This document shows, piece by piece, positions 33,625-43,547 of a DNA stretch of 43,591 bases. A program made the translations under genes and the position numbers. The DNA comes from a virus (Duplodnaviria; Caudoviricetes). How positions within the stretch are numbered: position 1 is the stretch's first letter; every line of letters begins with the position of its first letter. The DNA is taken from IMG/VR virus record IMGVR_UViG_3300028588_000038, positions 1 through 43,591 of that record; one strand, 5' to 3'. Under the pieces are notes generated by a model, which saw nothing but the letters and a program-made list of their open reading frames with translations, ran no database searches and was not told the origin of the DNA.

Positions 33625-34121
33625 TCTTGAGGGTCCACAGGAACAGGTGCCGGCGTGTTAATGCCCGCATTAGTCAGACGCTCACGCACCTTAGCCTTGA
33701 CCGCATCAATTGACTTCACGAACGCGGCCTCCGCAGCGGGTCGCATGAACGGGCGAGCACGAATGCCAGGGTGCTGAACTTCTCTGAACGGATTACCAGA
33801 GACATCGAGTGCGCCACCAGCCTTTGCTTTGATAATGTGCGGACGAGTGCCAAATTCCACCATCTGAGCATAGAAGGCAGTTCGGTTGCCCGCCTTTACG
33901 CTGGCCGTGATCTCGCCCTTCTTCGCTTTTGTCGTGATACGCACGCTCTTCGCGAGCGCACCGCTTTTGCGCGGGACTCGCTCTCTTACCTCTTCACGCA
34001 TCACTGCGGCGCCAGCACGAATCGCCGCACGCATAATATTCTTCTCCATCTTTACTGGCAGAGTCTTGAGCAAATCATCTAGCTCACGACCGCCAGAGAT
34101 AGTCGTATCAGTTGTGCTCAC
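33621..34121 (-). CDS. HK97 gp10-family neck/tail protein
   Basis: RAAIRAGAAVMREE...SGAL..S...FYAQMVEFGT...HPGIRARPFMRPA. Confidence 0.88.
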   Translation of the reverse strand: MSTTDTTISGGRELDDLLKTLPVKMEKNIMRAAIRAGAAVMREEVRERVPRKSGALAKSVRITTKAKKGEITASVKAGNRTAFYAQMVEFGTRPHIIKAKAGGALDVSGNPFREVQHPGIRARPFMRPAAEAAFVKSIDAVKAKVRERLTNAGINTPAPVPVDPQE

Positions 34122-34462
34122 GATGAATACCTCGCCACAGTAAATTCTAGCCACTCGCGCCGGCCGATCTCTGCCGGCGTGCTGCTGATCTGGTAGATTC
34201 GGTCGTTCTCATCATGCACGATCACGCGCATATCTGAGGTGATGTCGTTGCGGTAGCGGATGCGGATACGTGCGGGGCTGTTGGACAGACGAAGGCCGTT
34301 CTGCACGCTCTCGGTGTTTCCTGGCAAATCATCCTTCTTGTTGGCAGGGATGCGCAGCGGGAGAAGATCTTCCCATCCGCTATCCTGCGGACCGTAGACA
34401 GGATCCACAACGACAGCAGGCCGCTGGATGGTGATTCGCCTATCGAGCGCGCCGCCCCTCAT
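34118..34462 (-). CDS. Head closure/head-tail adaptor (SPP1 gp16-like)
   Basis: MRGGALDRRITIQ...RIRIRYRNDITSDMRV...YQI. Confidence 0.85.
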   Translation of the reverse strand: MRGGALDRRITIQRPAVVVDPVYGPQDSGWEDLLPLRIPANKKDDLPGNTESVQNGLRLSNSPARIRIRYRNDITSDMRVIVHDENDRIYQISSTPAEIGRREWLEFTVARYSS

Positions 34463-35058
34463 TCGTACACCATGTAAGGCTGCAAGAGCCACTTAAAGAA
34501 TTCTTCAGGGATTGACGTAACGCTCACGCCAGCTGACATTGTTTCGCGGTTCTCGTACATCGTGCCAATTACTAGCAGCATCCACTGAATGATTGGCTGT
34601 GGCACTTGGCCTTCAGGGTATCCAGCCACGTAGCGAACGACGATAGCCTCATCGCTAGGCTGAACAGAAGGAGCCGAGAAGCCGTAAGGCAGCGCAATGC
34701 GCGCAGGTTCTGAACGGCTGCGAACAGCGTAATCTTCAAGGTATTGCTCCTCGCCCGAGCTGTCGATATACGAAAGCGACTCTACCGAAACGAAAGGTGG
34801 CTTGCGCAAAACGATGTTCGTCCAGTTGCAGAATGCGGACTCTCGGACACGTTGCTTGATCGTGCGGTTAAGCTTTCCCTCTGCCATTTCACGCGCTGCG
34901 ACGATAAGGCCGGAGATATACGAGTCTTCGTCGTCGTAGACCACCCGCAGGTGTTGCTTGGCCTGCTCCAAGGTAATAGGCTCTGCTGCCTCAACGGCTT
35001 GTGCTGCCATCAACTTCATGGCAGGCTGTGACGGTACGAGTTTAGTAGCGTTAATCAT
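34459..35058 (-). CDS. Head-tail connector (HK97 gp6-like)
   Basis: EPITLEQAKQHLRV..DDEDSYISGLIVAARE...VP.PI.QWMLL.IG..YENRE...LLQPY. Confidence 0.9.
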   Translation of the reverse strand: MINATKLVPSQPAMKLMAAQAVEAAEPITLEQAKQHLRVVYDDEDSYISGLIVAAREMAEGKLNRTIKQRVRESAFCNWTNIVLRKPPFVSVESLSYIDSSGEEQYLEDYAVRSRSEPARIALPYGFSAPSVQPSDEAIVVRYVAGYPEGQVPQPIIQWMLLVIGTMYENRETMSAGVSVTSIPEEFFKWLLQPYMVYE

Positions 35059-35384
35059 CAGTTCTCAACCTGTTTGAACCAGATCGTCTTGTCGAATTGC
35101 TGATTGTCTTCAGTATCAATCCGGAACGTGCAGAATGGTTGCGAAGTACCTGCAAATGGAACTTTCAACTTCACAGGCAACAATCCATTCAGGTCACCCT
35201 GCGGCTCGCCTTGCTCCATTACCGTAACACCTTCCGTAACCAGCTCAAATGAAGCCGCTGTCGTGTTGGAGTCCTGGAGCCATTGGCGCACATCTGCGAC
35301 ATAATACAACTCGTCGTCAGGGTCAGTGTCAATCGTCCACCTATCTGGATTCGCTGGATCTTTATATGGTAGCCGATTAATCAC
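35058..35384 (-). CDS. Putative fibre adaptor/virion protein
   Basis: DPDDELYYVADVRQWL motif; beta-rich; follows the fibre-like gene. Confidence 0.6.
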   Translation of the reverse strand: MINRLPYKDPANPDRWTIDTDPDDELYYVADVRQWLQDSNTTAASFELVTEGVTVMEQGEPQGDLNGLLPVKLKVPFAGTSQPFCTFRIDTEDNQQFDKTIWFKQVEN

Positions 35385-36595
35385 TCAAACCTCACTATTC
35401 TGTTTCCTCCCTCAAATCTTACCATGCGCTTGCTGCCTTCAAAAGCAACTATGCGAATTGATCCCTCAAATCGCACTGTGCGCGCAAGTGGAACTAGTGA
35501 GGCATCAATATCATCTTCTTGGCCTGCTTCATTTTTAGCTGTCACAAGACCAGATGCAGGATTCGCAAAAACGCCGACGATTATGGCGTTTGATGCACCG
35601 GAGACTACTAGATCTACAGCGCTTGGCTTTGCAGCGACGCCGCTAATTACAGCAGCTCCAGTAGAGCCAGCGCTTATTGCCCCGGCTGCTGGATTAGCCG
35701 ATACGCCAATAACGATAGTGCTAGCACGACCCAATGCCAACGGGATACCAATCCCAGGTACGGCGAAAACCCCTGGAATCTGCGCACTTGAAGCACCGGA
35801 AGCTACAACAGTGCCAGCTGATGGAAAGGCAGCCACCCCGATAAAGATTGCCGACGAAGCACCGGATGCAGACGCAATGCCAGCGGATGGATTAGCACGA
35901 ATACCGGTCAACGCAGCCGAGCTTGCTCCAGATGCAAATATAGTACCGGCCGAAGGAGTGGAAAATGCTCCAAGAACTGAAGCGTCGCCAGGTTGTCCCG
36001 CTGCCTGTGGCGTGTCCACGCTAAAGTTATCCAGCATATAGCGCGAAGCTAAGCCATTTAACGACCTTATGCCCGGCCTGCCAACTTCTGAAATATTGCT
36101 GTCAGTAGCTGAAACTACTAAGACATCATCGACGTAAAAATTAATCGATGTGCCAATCATTTCTAATCTGAGTCGGTATGTCTGCCCATTTATTGTCGTC
36201 GCAGACAATGTTCCCAAAGTACTCGAAGAGCCATTTAGAATACGTTGTAATTGCCAACTACCTGTGCCTGCACCAGCAGAAGTAACCTGCAACCAACGCG
36301 CGCTGTATTGCGTATTAGCGCTTAGTGACGCTCTACCAGTGATGCCAAATGCAGGTCCAGCTGGCACATTGCCGAATGTAATATCAGCACTGACCGAATA
36401 GTCAGGAGAAGATGCAACTATATCCGAACGAAAATACCCAGCAGTTCCGCCTGTTGAGTTGACGGCCACCTTGTCTCCGCCAGAAGTGATTACCATCACT
36501 CCGGTAAGCCCTGGAACAGACACCCACGCGGGGTTATACGTAGACAGCGCTTCGCCTGGATTACCAGTAAAGGTATCGCTGCCGATTTGCGCCAT
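35381..36595 (-). CDS. Putative head/neck fibre: ConA/LamG-like N-domain plus ~22-aa Ala/Gly/Ser repeats
   Basis: SDTFTG...YRLRLEMIGTSINFYVDD...GRPGIR...DNFSV, then about 7 repeats of GVxAxPSAGxIxASGASSA. Confidence 0.65.
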   Translation of the reverse strand: MAQIGSDTFTGNPGEALSTYNPAWVSVPGLTGVMVITSGGDKVAVNSTGGTAGYFRSDIVASSPDYSVSADITFGNVPAGPAFGITGRASLSANTQYSARWLQVTSAGAGTGSWQLQRILNGSSSTLGTLSATTINGQTYRLRLEMIGTSINFYVDDVLVVSATDSNISEVGRPGIRSLNGLASRYMLDNFSVDTPQAAGQPGDASVLGAFSTPSAGTIFASGASSAALTGIRANPSAGIASASGASSAIFIGVAAFPSAGTVVASGASSAQIPGVFAVPGIGIPLALGRASTIVIGVSANPAAGAISAGSTGAAVISGVAAKPSAVDLVVSGASNAIIVGVFANPASGLVTAKNEAGQEDDIDASLVPLARTVRFEGSIRIVAFEGSKRMVRFEGGNRIVRFE

Positions 36596-36997
36596 TTACA
36601 GCTCCATCTGAACCGAAGTAGGCACTAGATTTCCTGAGTTAGCACGGAGGGCAATCGCAGCAAGGATCGCGCCAAAGTTTTCTGCCGTATCTACGATTGA
36701 TTCCCCAATTTGGCGACGAGCCAATGCGGCCCTAAGACTTTGGATTTGTTTTTTGTCAATTTGGCTGACGAGCGTCTCATTTGGAACGTTTGGCAATGCA
36801 TCAATTCGTGGGTCATCCGACAGAACTGATATATCGCCACCTATCGTTTCGAGAAGCATCCAAGCGCCCGGAGCGGTCGCGTCGTAGGTAGTAGCGAGGG
36901 CCTGAAATGAGACAGGGTAATCCATTACAGCAGGATCATAACTCGTCTCGTATTCATTATCGTAGCGAACTACATCGCACAAAAATTTAGGATTCAT
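36596..36997 (-). CDS. Hypothetical protein
   Basis: In-operon 133-aa ORF. Confidence 0.65.
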   Translation of the reverse strand: MNPKFLCDVVRYDNEYETSYDPAVMDYPVSFQALATTYDATAPGAWMLLETIGGDISVLSDDPRIDALPNVPNETLVSQIDKKQIQSLRAALARRQIGESIVDTAENFGAILAAIALRANSGNLVPTSVQMEL

Positions 36998-37004
36998 GGC
37001 AGCC

Positions 37005-37421
37005 TTAGATGCGGATCAGGCCAGCAGCAGCCGTAGGGGCCGGCAGCGTGACCTTGAACGTGTCGTTGGTCGAAGTTACGGTAGCGCCGAAGCTGTGAAC
37101 ACCAATGATCTTGTTTCCCTTGGTCTGGTTCACAATCAGCAGTCCACCAGCCGAGATAGTCGCAGTCGGCCACGAAGGATCAGCAAAGTCGAGCACTGCC
37201 GTATCCCCATCGAGCACCGCAGAATAGCCGGTTAGGGTCTGACCGCCAGTCGTATAGCCATTGCCGCCAGCGACTTCGCCAGTCCCATCGTACACGGTCG
37301 CGCTCTTATCGAAGTTTGCGCTAGGCTGAAGAAGCACGGCTTTAAATACGTCCGTCGAAGCGGCGATAGCCTGGAGCGCTTCCAGTTTGCGCGCGTTAGG
37401 GAATGCGGTAGTGATCGCCAT
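37005..37421 (-). CDS. Putative virion structural protein
   Basis: GEVAGGNGYTTGGQTL...LDFADPSW..ATISA..FG..TSTNDTF is a common phage structural family pattern. Confidence 0.75.
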   Translation of the reverse strand: MAITTAFPNARKLEALQAIAASTDVFKAVLLQPSANFDKSATVYDGTGEVAGGNGYTTGGQTLTGYSAVLDGDTAVLDFADPSWPTATISAGGLLIVNQTKGNKIIGVHSFGATVTSTNDTFKVTLPAPTAAAGLIRI

Positions 37422-37424
37422 GGC

Positions 37425-37655
37425 TTATTCAGCTTTCTTTGCGCGCGATTTGTTGGCTGGGGCGTCGGCCATCTTGTTTTCGGGAGCGTCGGCCATCTTC
37501 GTGTCAGCTTCGCTGGCGTCACCGACGATTTCGACAAGGCCGTTCTTTTCCAGATCGTGAGCAACAGCTTTGCTGAACTGCTCGCTTTCTTCACCGCGCT
37601 TCACTTCGACGTTGCCGTGATAGAAGGTCGATCTTGCTTTGACTTTGACGTTCAT
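37425..37655 (-). CDS. Small head-associated protein
   Basis: Typical post-capsid gene; KMADAPENK duplicated. Confidence 0.7.
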   Translation of the reverse strand: MNVKVKARSTFYHGNVEVKRGEESEQFSKAVAHDLEKNGLVEIVGDASEADTKMADAPENKMADAPANKSRAKKAE

Positions 37656-37664
37656 TTCATTCTC

Positions 37665-38306
37665 CTATGTGGGGAAACTATTGCCCTTTGACTGATTTAG
37701 TGCCGCAGGGATGATGCGTAAATTGTACTCGTTATGCAGTCCGCAAACTAAATCATTTACTAGAGGATAGTAGTGATCCACATGGTGCTTAATTCCTGTC
37801 TCAGCGCTAATACGCCGGCACTCTTTGTAGATTTCTCTTATCTTGTCGCGGTCTGCCCAAATGGGCATAGCCTTCATCTTCCTCGTCTGCCTTGCCCTTA
37901 CATGCTCGGCGCCTCGGTCAGGATTATTCGCGCGGTATAGCTTCTTCGCTGCTCTTCTTTTTTCATTATGCTTCGCCCAGTCGCGGCGGCTGTATTCTTT
38001 CCATCTGTCAGGATCTTTCAACCTACTTAACCGGTGCAGCTCATTCAGTCTTTCTCTATTCGCTTGCGCCCAGGCTTTTGCCTCACGGTTATGTTTTTCT
38101 GGATCTTTCCTGTACCGTTCGCGCATCCTCGCTTTGTGCGTTTCCACGTTTTCCGCATGGTACTTTTTGCTGTGCGCATTTGCACAAGGCCTGCATTCTG
38201 TTCCGAGACCGTCAATCTTCGACTTGTTCTTATTGAACATCGTCAAAGGAAATTCCTCTTTACACTTTGCGCATTTCTTCAATGCGCTATAATCCACTTT
38301 AGCCAT
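37665..38306 (-). CDS. Free-standing HNH homing endonuclease
   Basis: CAKCKE...F...CRPC Zn finger; PIWAD...HHVDHYYPL...VCGLH...NLRIIPA..N.SKGN. Confidence 0.88.
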   Translation of the reverse strand: MAKVDYSALKKCAKCKEEFPLTMFNKNKSKIDGLGTECRPCANAHSKKYHAENVETHKARMRERYRKDPEKHNREAKAWAQANRERLNELHRLSRLKDPDRWKEYSRRDWAKHNEKRRAAKKLYRANNPDRGAEHVRARQTRKMKAMPIWADRDKIREIYKECRRISAETGIKHHVDHYYPLVNDLVCGLHNEYNLRIIPAALNQSKGNSFPT

Positions 38307-38333
38307 CCCTGAACTCCACTTCAGTTAAGGTTA

Positions 38334-38370
38334 AAGAAGCCCAAGCGATTCGTAGTCGCTTGGGCTTCTT
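38334..38370 (-). terminator. Post-capsid stem-loop/terminator
   Basis: AAGAAGCCCAAGCGA-ctacgaa-TCGCTTGGGCTTCTT, a 15-bp perfect stem. Confidence 0.75.
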
Positions 38371-38376
38371 GCTTTC

Positions 38377-39555
38377 TTACGCAGCGCCTGGAGTCAGGTC
38401 GCCGCGAATCAAGGATTGAGGACGATAAACGGCCAGGGCCAAACGCTCCTCTGCGAGGATGGTAACGCGATTTTCCACGAAGTCATTTTCGTTCTCGGTG
38501 GAAACAACAACGTTCGCATCTTCGCGGTCGAAGATTTGCGCAGCCTGACGGAAGTTACCGGCCAGGAAGGTATCAACGTCCATTGCCATCGAAGTGACGA
38601 TACGGCGGCCCCACAAGGTTGCGCCGATCTGGCCGCGCGGGTCGCCAATGATGTAGCGGCCTTGCGTGTCCTTGGTGAGTTCGATGGCCGCCCAATCCGA
38701 AGGGTGAATAACCGCGCCATCAGCTGGGAACAGTGCCAGCTCGGCCTGCAAAAAGGCCAGACGCAACACGTCAATGCGGGTAGCGCCAGCAACTGCGATA
38801 GGCGCAGCGTATGCAGTGGCTTGCGTGTACATGCCATTCAAGTTGTTACCAGTTCCCGAACCCTTCAGCAGTTGCAGGTCTTCCACGAAGTCCAGACCGT
38901 AGCGCAGGCGCTGGTCGATCATCGATTGCAGGCCAGGCGCATCAGCCAGGATCTCGGTGGTCGCTTTGATGAAGTGCGCCAGTTTGATAACCTTCGCGTC
39001 CTGCTGGTCGAATTGCAGGTTCGATTCAGGCTTGCGGGTGCCTTCAGCCACCGGAGCAGCGTTGTTGGTGAAGACGGTCTCGCGGAAATACTGGATCAGG
39101 TTCGATGCAGTACGGCCTGGCGCGATCAGGTCCCGCACGGTAGGCGGACGCTGCGGCAGGGCGATGATGCCTTGCTGACGGTCTGGAGCAATCAGAGTGC
39201 CACCGCTGGAGCCGAGGCTAGTGATCGCTTTCACATCGACGCGCACGTTCTCACCGCGTTGCAGTCGGCCACCGCTTTCGTTCACGCGCTTGAAGGCTTC
39301 AGAAGCGATGAACTTTTCGCCAGCGGTACGAGGCTGATTTTCGTCAGAGCCGCCGCGACGAGCGGCCTTTTGCAGCAGTTCCTGAACTTGTGCGTTCAGT
39401 TCGCCCTGCTTCACCAGCAGTTCATCGACACGCTCTTTCTGACCTTCGGCCATTGCGATGCCTTTCTTGGCTTCGGCGATGGCTTTCTCAGCGTGCTCTT
39501 TGACCTGATCGGAGATTTTCGACAGTTCCTGCTTGATTTCGATTTCGGTGCTCAT
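38377..39555 (-). CDS. Major capsid protein, HK97 family
   Basis: Coiled-coil delta domain; AAPVAEGTRKPES; EILADAPGLQSMIDQRL; DFVENRVTILAEERLALAVYRP. Confidence 0.96.
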   Translation of the reverse strand: MSTEIEIKQELSKISDQVKEHAEKAIAEAKKGIAMAEGQKERVDELLVKQGELNAQVQELLQKAARRGGSDENQPRTAGEKFIASEAFKRVNESGGRLQRGENVRVDVKAITSLGSSGGTLIAPDRQQGIIALPQRPPTVRDLIAPGRTASNLIQYFRETVFTNNAAPVAEGTRKPESNLQFDQQDAKVIKLAHFIKATTEILADAPGLQSMIDQRLRYGLDFVEDLQLLKGSGTGNNLNGMYTQATAYAAPIAVAGATRIDVLRLAFLQAELALFPADGAVIHPSDWAAIELTKDTQGRYIIGDPRGQIGATLWGRRIVTSMAMDVDTFLAGNFRQAAQIFDREDANVVVSTENENDFVENRVTILAEERLALAVYRPQSLIRGDLTPGAA

Positions 39556-39564
39556 GGATTTTCC

Positions 39565-40224
39565 TTAGATAGTGAAGCCGCGAAGTGCGGACAAAAGATC
39601 GGACTCGCCCTTTTTGCCCTCGGCCTCACACCGAGCAAGCAGTTTCGACAGGCCACTACCGGCGATAGCGCGGGCCTGAGTGTTTGAGAACCCTGCCTCA
39701 CACAGGAAATCCTCGAATTCTTTAAGGGACGGCAGTTTGCCGACTTCCAGCATGCTTTTTACGCTAGCAATACGCGCATCATCGTGCATTGGATTGGTCA
39801 CAACGCTGATTTCCACAAGATCCAGCTCGATCAAACGATTTGCGCCGGTCTTCTTATCGTATTCCTCGCGCTTAATGCGATAGCCGATAGACAGGCCGGT
39901 AATCGTCTTGGTCTTCATGCCCTTGTGTGCAATTCGCGCATATGGCGCGTCATCAGTCCACAATTTAGCATCGCCAATCAAGCCATGATCGTCTTCGCTC
40001 AAATCTGCCCAACTGCCGATAGGCTCATCGGTCTTATGCTGCCAGAGAACCGGAACTTGACGCCCATTATCAGCCCATTTCTTCAGGCTTTTGGAGAAGG
40101 CGCCAGGGATAACAATGTCGCCGCCTTGATCTTTGGTATTGAATACTGATCCATAGCCGGTGAAACTACCGTCATCCTTCAGGCTTTTCAGGTCAAGTTC
40201 GACCGACTTAGTTAGCAGATTCAT
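39565..40224 (-). CDS. Prohead maturation protease, HK97 family
   Basis: FTGYGSVFN..D..GDIVIPGAF...LWQH...PIG...GLSIGY...L.EISVVTNP. Confidence 0.95.
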   Translation of the reverse strand: MNLLTKSVELDLKSLKDDGSFTGYGSVFNTKDQGGDIVIPGAFSKSLKKWADNGRQVPVLWQHKTDEPIGSWADLSEDDHGLIGDAKLWTDDAPYARIAHKGMKTKTITGLSIGYRIKREEYDKKTGANRLIELDLVEISVVTNPMHDDARIASVKSMLEVGKLPSLKEFEDFLCEAGFSNTQARAIAGSGLSKLLARCEAEGKKGESDLLSALRGFTI

Positions 40225-41527
40225 CGTTTTCCTCTTCTACTGCGTCGTTTTCTTGTGGAATTGTATCAGTTTGCGTGCCGGGTGTAACCTGTCCCAACTT
40301 ATCGAGCGGAAGCATAGCGCTCTGCATAAATAACTGGTCGCCACCTGGCAGCGGCTCAAGATTTTCAAGAGCGCGGCAGAAATTCGGGGTATAAACACCG
40401 GCCTTAATCATTTTGTCGTAGTAATTGGCTCGGCTACTGCTATCCATGCGCAAACGGCTTTCGCGGCCAAACTCCGCGAAGTAAGTAAGGCGCTCGACTG
40501 GACTCATAAGCCATTTAGCGACGCTCTGCTCGATCATCATCAAGTCAGGGTCCAAAACCTCTTGCAAGAAGCCGAGATTCTGTTGCTCACGTCCAGTACC
40601 CCAATTGGAAACAGCAGTGCCGTGGCCAATCTTTGACGGGGGCATACCAAACCAGCGACAGATATCCTCGACACTGGCGTTCATCTGCTCCATCATCTGC
40701 GCGTCAACAGGGTTGATGGTCAACTGCTGATATTTCGCGCCGCCTTCAAGAAGATGAAGTTTGCCGATTGATGGATCGCCAAATACACCATCAATCAACT
40801 TCTCCTTCATCTGATCGCGCTGCGGTTTATCCAAGATCGCATCGATGGATACGACGCCAGAAGGCCGCATAGCTCCACCAAACAGTCGCAGAGACGCATC
40901 ATTGACGTTACGAGCACGCGCAAGAGAGCGCCAGCCTACACCAATAGGAGAAAGGCCGGTTAATCCGTCTTCACTTGGCCCCATAAGATGCCAAACTTCG
41001 TCCTCGCCATAGACTTTTTGGCCCGTTGGATCGGCATAAACGTATTCGCGCTCACCGTATTGATTGCGGCGAACCGTCATAAGCCACGGGTCCAACGGGT
41101 CTAGAGTCTTGATTACGCCTCGACTTATGCCCTTCAGAGCGTAGAAATTCCCCCATAACGACAGCCGCCAGGAGACTAAACGCCGGAATTCAAAGGCGGT
41201 TTGGTCAGCATTTGGGGAATCGTGAAGCAGGGCATACAGGGGATGTTCTCGGGCGATCCTACGTGTCTCTCTGCCGCCTGTCTCCGTGCGCTCGTAGACG
41301 AACAGAGGCATGGCAGCAATAGAATTGGAGATAAGACGGACGCAAGCCCATACAGTAGAGAGCTGTAACGCTCGATCTACCTTCGGCGAGCAGTCAGTAT
41401 CGGGATAATCTCCGTGTGTGATGTCTCGGTTGCCTGGATCGCGGTCCAGTTCGCGGAATGAGAGTGCGGCTCGGATCGAACCATAGATAGCCTTCAGCGA
41501 AAACCCGCTGGCTTTGTTTTTTGCCAT
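40208..41527 (-). CDS. Portal protein, HK97 family
   Basis: STVWACVRLISNSIAAMPL...SPN..QT.FEF...GLSPI...DAQ..E...DICRWFGMPP. Confidence 0.95.
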   Translation of the reverse strand: MAKNKASGFSLKAIYGSIRAALSFRELDRDPGNRDITHGDYPDTDCSPKVDRALQLSTVWACVRLISNSIAAMPLFVYERTETGGRETRRIAREHPLYALLHDSPNADQTAFEFRRLVSWRLSLWGNFYALKGISRGVIKTLDPLDPWLMTVRRNQYGEREYVYADPTGQKVYGEDEVWHLMGPSEDGLTGLSPIGVGWRSLARARNVNDASLRLFGGAMRPSGVVSIDAILDKPQRDQMKEKLIDGVFGDPSIGKLHLLEGGAKYQQLTINPVDAQMMEQMNASVEDICRWFGMPPSKIGHGTAVSNWGTGREQQNLGFLQEVLDPDLMMIEQSVAKWLMSPVERLTYFAEFGRESRLRMDSSSRANYYDKMIKAGVYTPNFCRALENLEPLPGGDQLFMQSAMLPLDKLGQVTPGTQTDTIPQENDAVEEENDESAN

Positions 41528-43068
41528 TACGCTTCCGCCAAATAGTCGGCCCATGTTCGTTTTTTCTTTTCCGTTTCCTGAGGCATCACCCCAACCGCCA
41601 TCGCCAAGGCAACCATGCCGTCAATGCGGCCGCGTGCTGTCTTTTTGTCGAACTTGCGCGCACCGCTGTCACCAATGACCTTTGCGTTATGGCTGCACCA
41701 GTTCAAGACTGGATGCTTACCATGTTTTAGCTGAGCATTGAGCAATTTTACTTCTAAATCACGCAATGCTGGCGTCATACTAGCAGTTCCTTGCCCAAAC
41801 TCCACGAATTTCTCTATCTCCTGCTCTAAAAAACCAGCTTCTTCAAGCCAAGGAAGAAGAAATTTCATGTTATATCTGTCAAATCCTACAGCCTGGACAT
41901 CATATTTGTCGAACACTGACCGCAAATATTTAGCCACAAACTTGTATTCGATCGCCTTTCCAGGGGTAGTTTGAAGGAATCCTTGCTCCCTCCAGAGCGG
42001 ATATTGAACCCGATCCTTCTCTGCTTTTGCGGTTAAACCATGCTCAGGCAGCCAGAATGTCGGGTGGACACCGCCTTTTTCATCAACTGCGACCAACGCA
42101 GTAAGGTCATTCACGCTGGATAGGTCAAGTCCCATCCAAACCTTCAAGCCAGTAGCATCGCCAGGCGTTTCGCCGTTTGCTTCCCATACCGAACGCGATA
42201 CAAATGGCGAATCCGCTTCAATCCTCTGATTAAGGTAGAGGTTACGAAGCGCCGGTTCGTTGGTCGGAATATCCATGGCGTCCTGCACCAGGTCTTCCAT
42301 GTCTTGCAGGGAGCGGAACACGCCTAGAGCAGGGTTTGATGCCTTCCATGCATCACGGTCATCTAATGCGCAATCCTGCGGCGCTTCGTACACGTGGCAA
42401 ACAGTGCGAGGATTCGGATTGGCACGATGCGCGTCAATCATCCTAGAAAGCAAATCGTTATCGGTCGGTGCCTGCGTGCTAATGACCAGATACAGCGGAT
42501 TCTTATGCGCGCCCTGAGCGGTCTTAACGACGTTGACAAACTCGTTTGTTGGCCCCTTTACCTGCCCCAATTCGTCCATGATGACGAGAATAGGACTCAG
42601 GCCGTGCTTAGTTTTCGCATCAGCAGACAGCGCTTTGTACTTTACATTACGAGCAATGCCTAGAAGCCGCTTGCCAGATGGGAAAATCTTAATCCGCTTA
42701 TCCAACTCGGGATTCATCTTAATCATTAGCGTGGCAAGCTCAAAGACGATAGCCGCCTGATCCAGTGACATTGCGCCACTGACGATCTGTGAGTTCTGGA
42801 TAGCTTCAGGGCCGATTAAGTGCGCGAGAAGAATACAGGCAATCAGAGCCGTCTTGCCATTCTTACGGCCAATGGAAAGAATCCCGGTGCGCGTGCCGGC
42901 ATGGTTGTCATAGATCGCTAAGATCCACTCCCGCTGCCACGGCTCAAGCTTAAGCTTCTTCCCCATTAACTCGCCGTCAGGAACGATGATGTACGTTTCG
43001 ATGAACGCGCATACGCGCTCGCCGCGCGTCATTAGCTTAGGAGTGGCTTGTTTCTTACGGGCGACCAT
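41527..43068 (-). CDS. terL: Terminase large subunit
   Basis: Walker A GRKNGKT, Walker B LVIMDE, ISTQA, GLDLSSVNDLTA, RIDGMVALAMA. Confidence 0.97.
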   Translation of the reverse strand: MVARKKQATPKLMTRGERVCAFIETYIIVPDGELMGKKLKLEPWQREWILAIYDNHAGTRTGILSIGRKNGKTALIACILLAHLIGPEAIQNSQIVSGAMSLDQAAIVFELATLMIKMNPELDKRIKIFPSGKRLLGIARNVKYKALSADAKTKHGLSPILVIMDELGQVKGPTNEFVNVVKTAQGAHKNPLYLVISTQAPTDNDLLSRMIDAHRANPNPRTVCHVYEAPQDCALDDRDAWKASNPALGVFRSLQDMEDLVQDAMDIPTNEPALRNLYLNQRIEADSPFVSRSVWEANGETPGDATGLKVWMGLDLSSVNDLTALVAVDEKGGVHPTFWLPEHGLTAKAEKDRVQYPLWREQGFLQTTPGKAIEYKFVAKYLRSVFDKYDVQAVGFDRYNMKFLLPWLEEAGFLEQEIEKFVEFGQGTASMTPALRDLEVKLLNAQLKHGKHPVLNWCSHNAKVIGDSGARKFDKKTARGRIDGMVALAMAVGVMPQETEKKKRTWADYLAEA

Positions 43069-43547
43069 TATTCGTTAAGCAGGGACGGTTCCTCGTCCTC
43101 TACGATCTCACCGCGCAGTTTGCGAGCTTGCTTCTCAAGATCAGCCGCTTTCTGCATATTGCGCGGGTCAATAGCGACTCGCCCACCAAGCTGCAAAGTA
43201 CGCATGATCGCGCCCTGCATGGTCTTGTAGCGCGCGATGACCTTGATGCGCGGGTTCTCTTCCATCTTGCCGCTGTCTTTGTGGACGATAACGACATCCT
43301 CGCCTTGCAGAATCAATTCCTGGCGCTGAATATCGGACATACAGCGAGCAAGCTGCGCCGCTAGCTGTATGTCGACCTCGCGCCAATCATCACGAGAGCG
43401 TGCGTGCAGAATATCAGTGAAGAATGGAAGCTCGTAATCCTTGAGTGGGTACGATGCAGGGGGGTCATGATCCGGTAGAGCTGCGTTCTGAGCAGCCTTG
43501 ATTGCCGCTTCGCCGCTGTCCGAACGCTGTCTACGAGGTTTTGCCAT
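43068..43547 (-). CDS. terS: Terminase small subunit
   Basis: Immediately upstream of terL; RQRSDS...ENPR motif. Confidence 0.85.
   Translation of the reverse strand: MAKPRRQRSDSGEAAIKAAQNAALPDHDPPASYPLKDYELPFFTDILHARSRDDWREVDIQLAAQLARCMSDIQRQELILQGEDVVIVHKDSGKMEENPRIKVIARYKTMQGAIMRTLQLGGRVAIDPRNMQKAADLEKQARKLRGEIVEDEEPSLLNE

Noticed and set aside
38416-39687. 423-aa plus-strand ORF
   Set aside because: Antisense shadow of the major capsid gene, caused by codon bias; no RBS or motifs.
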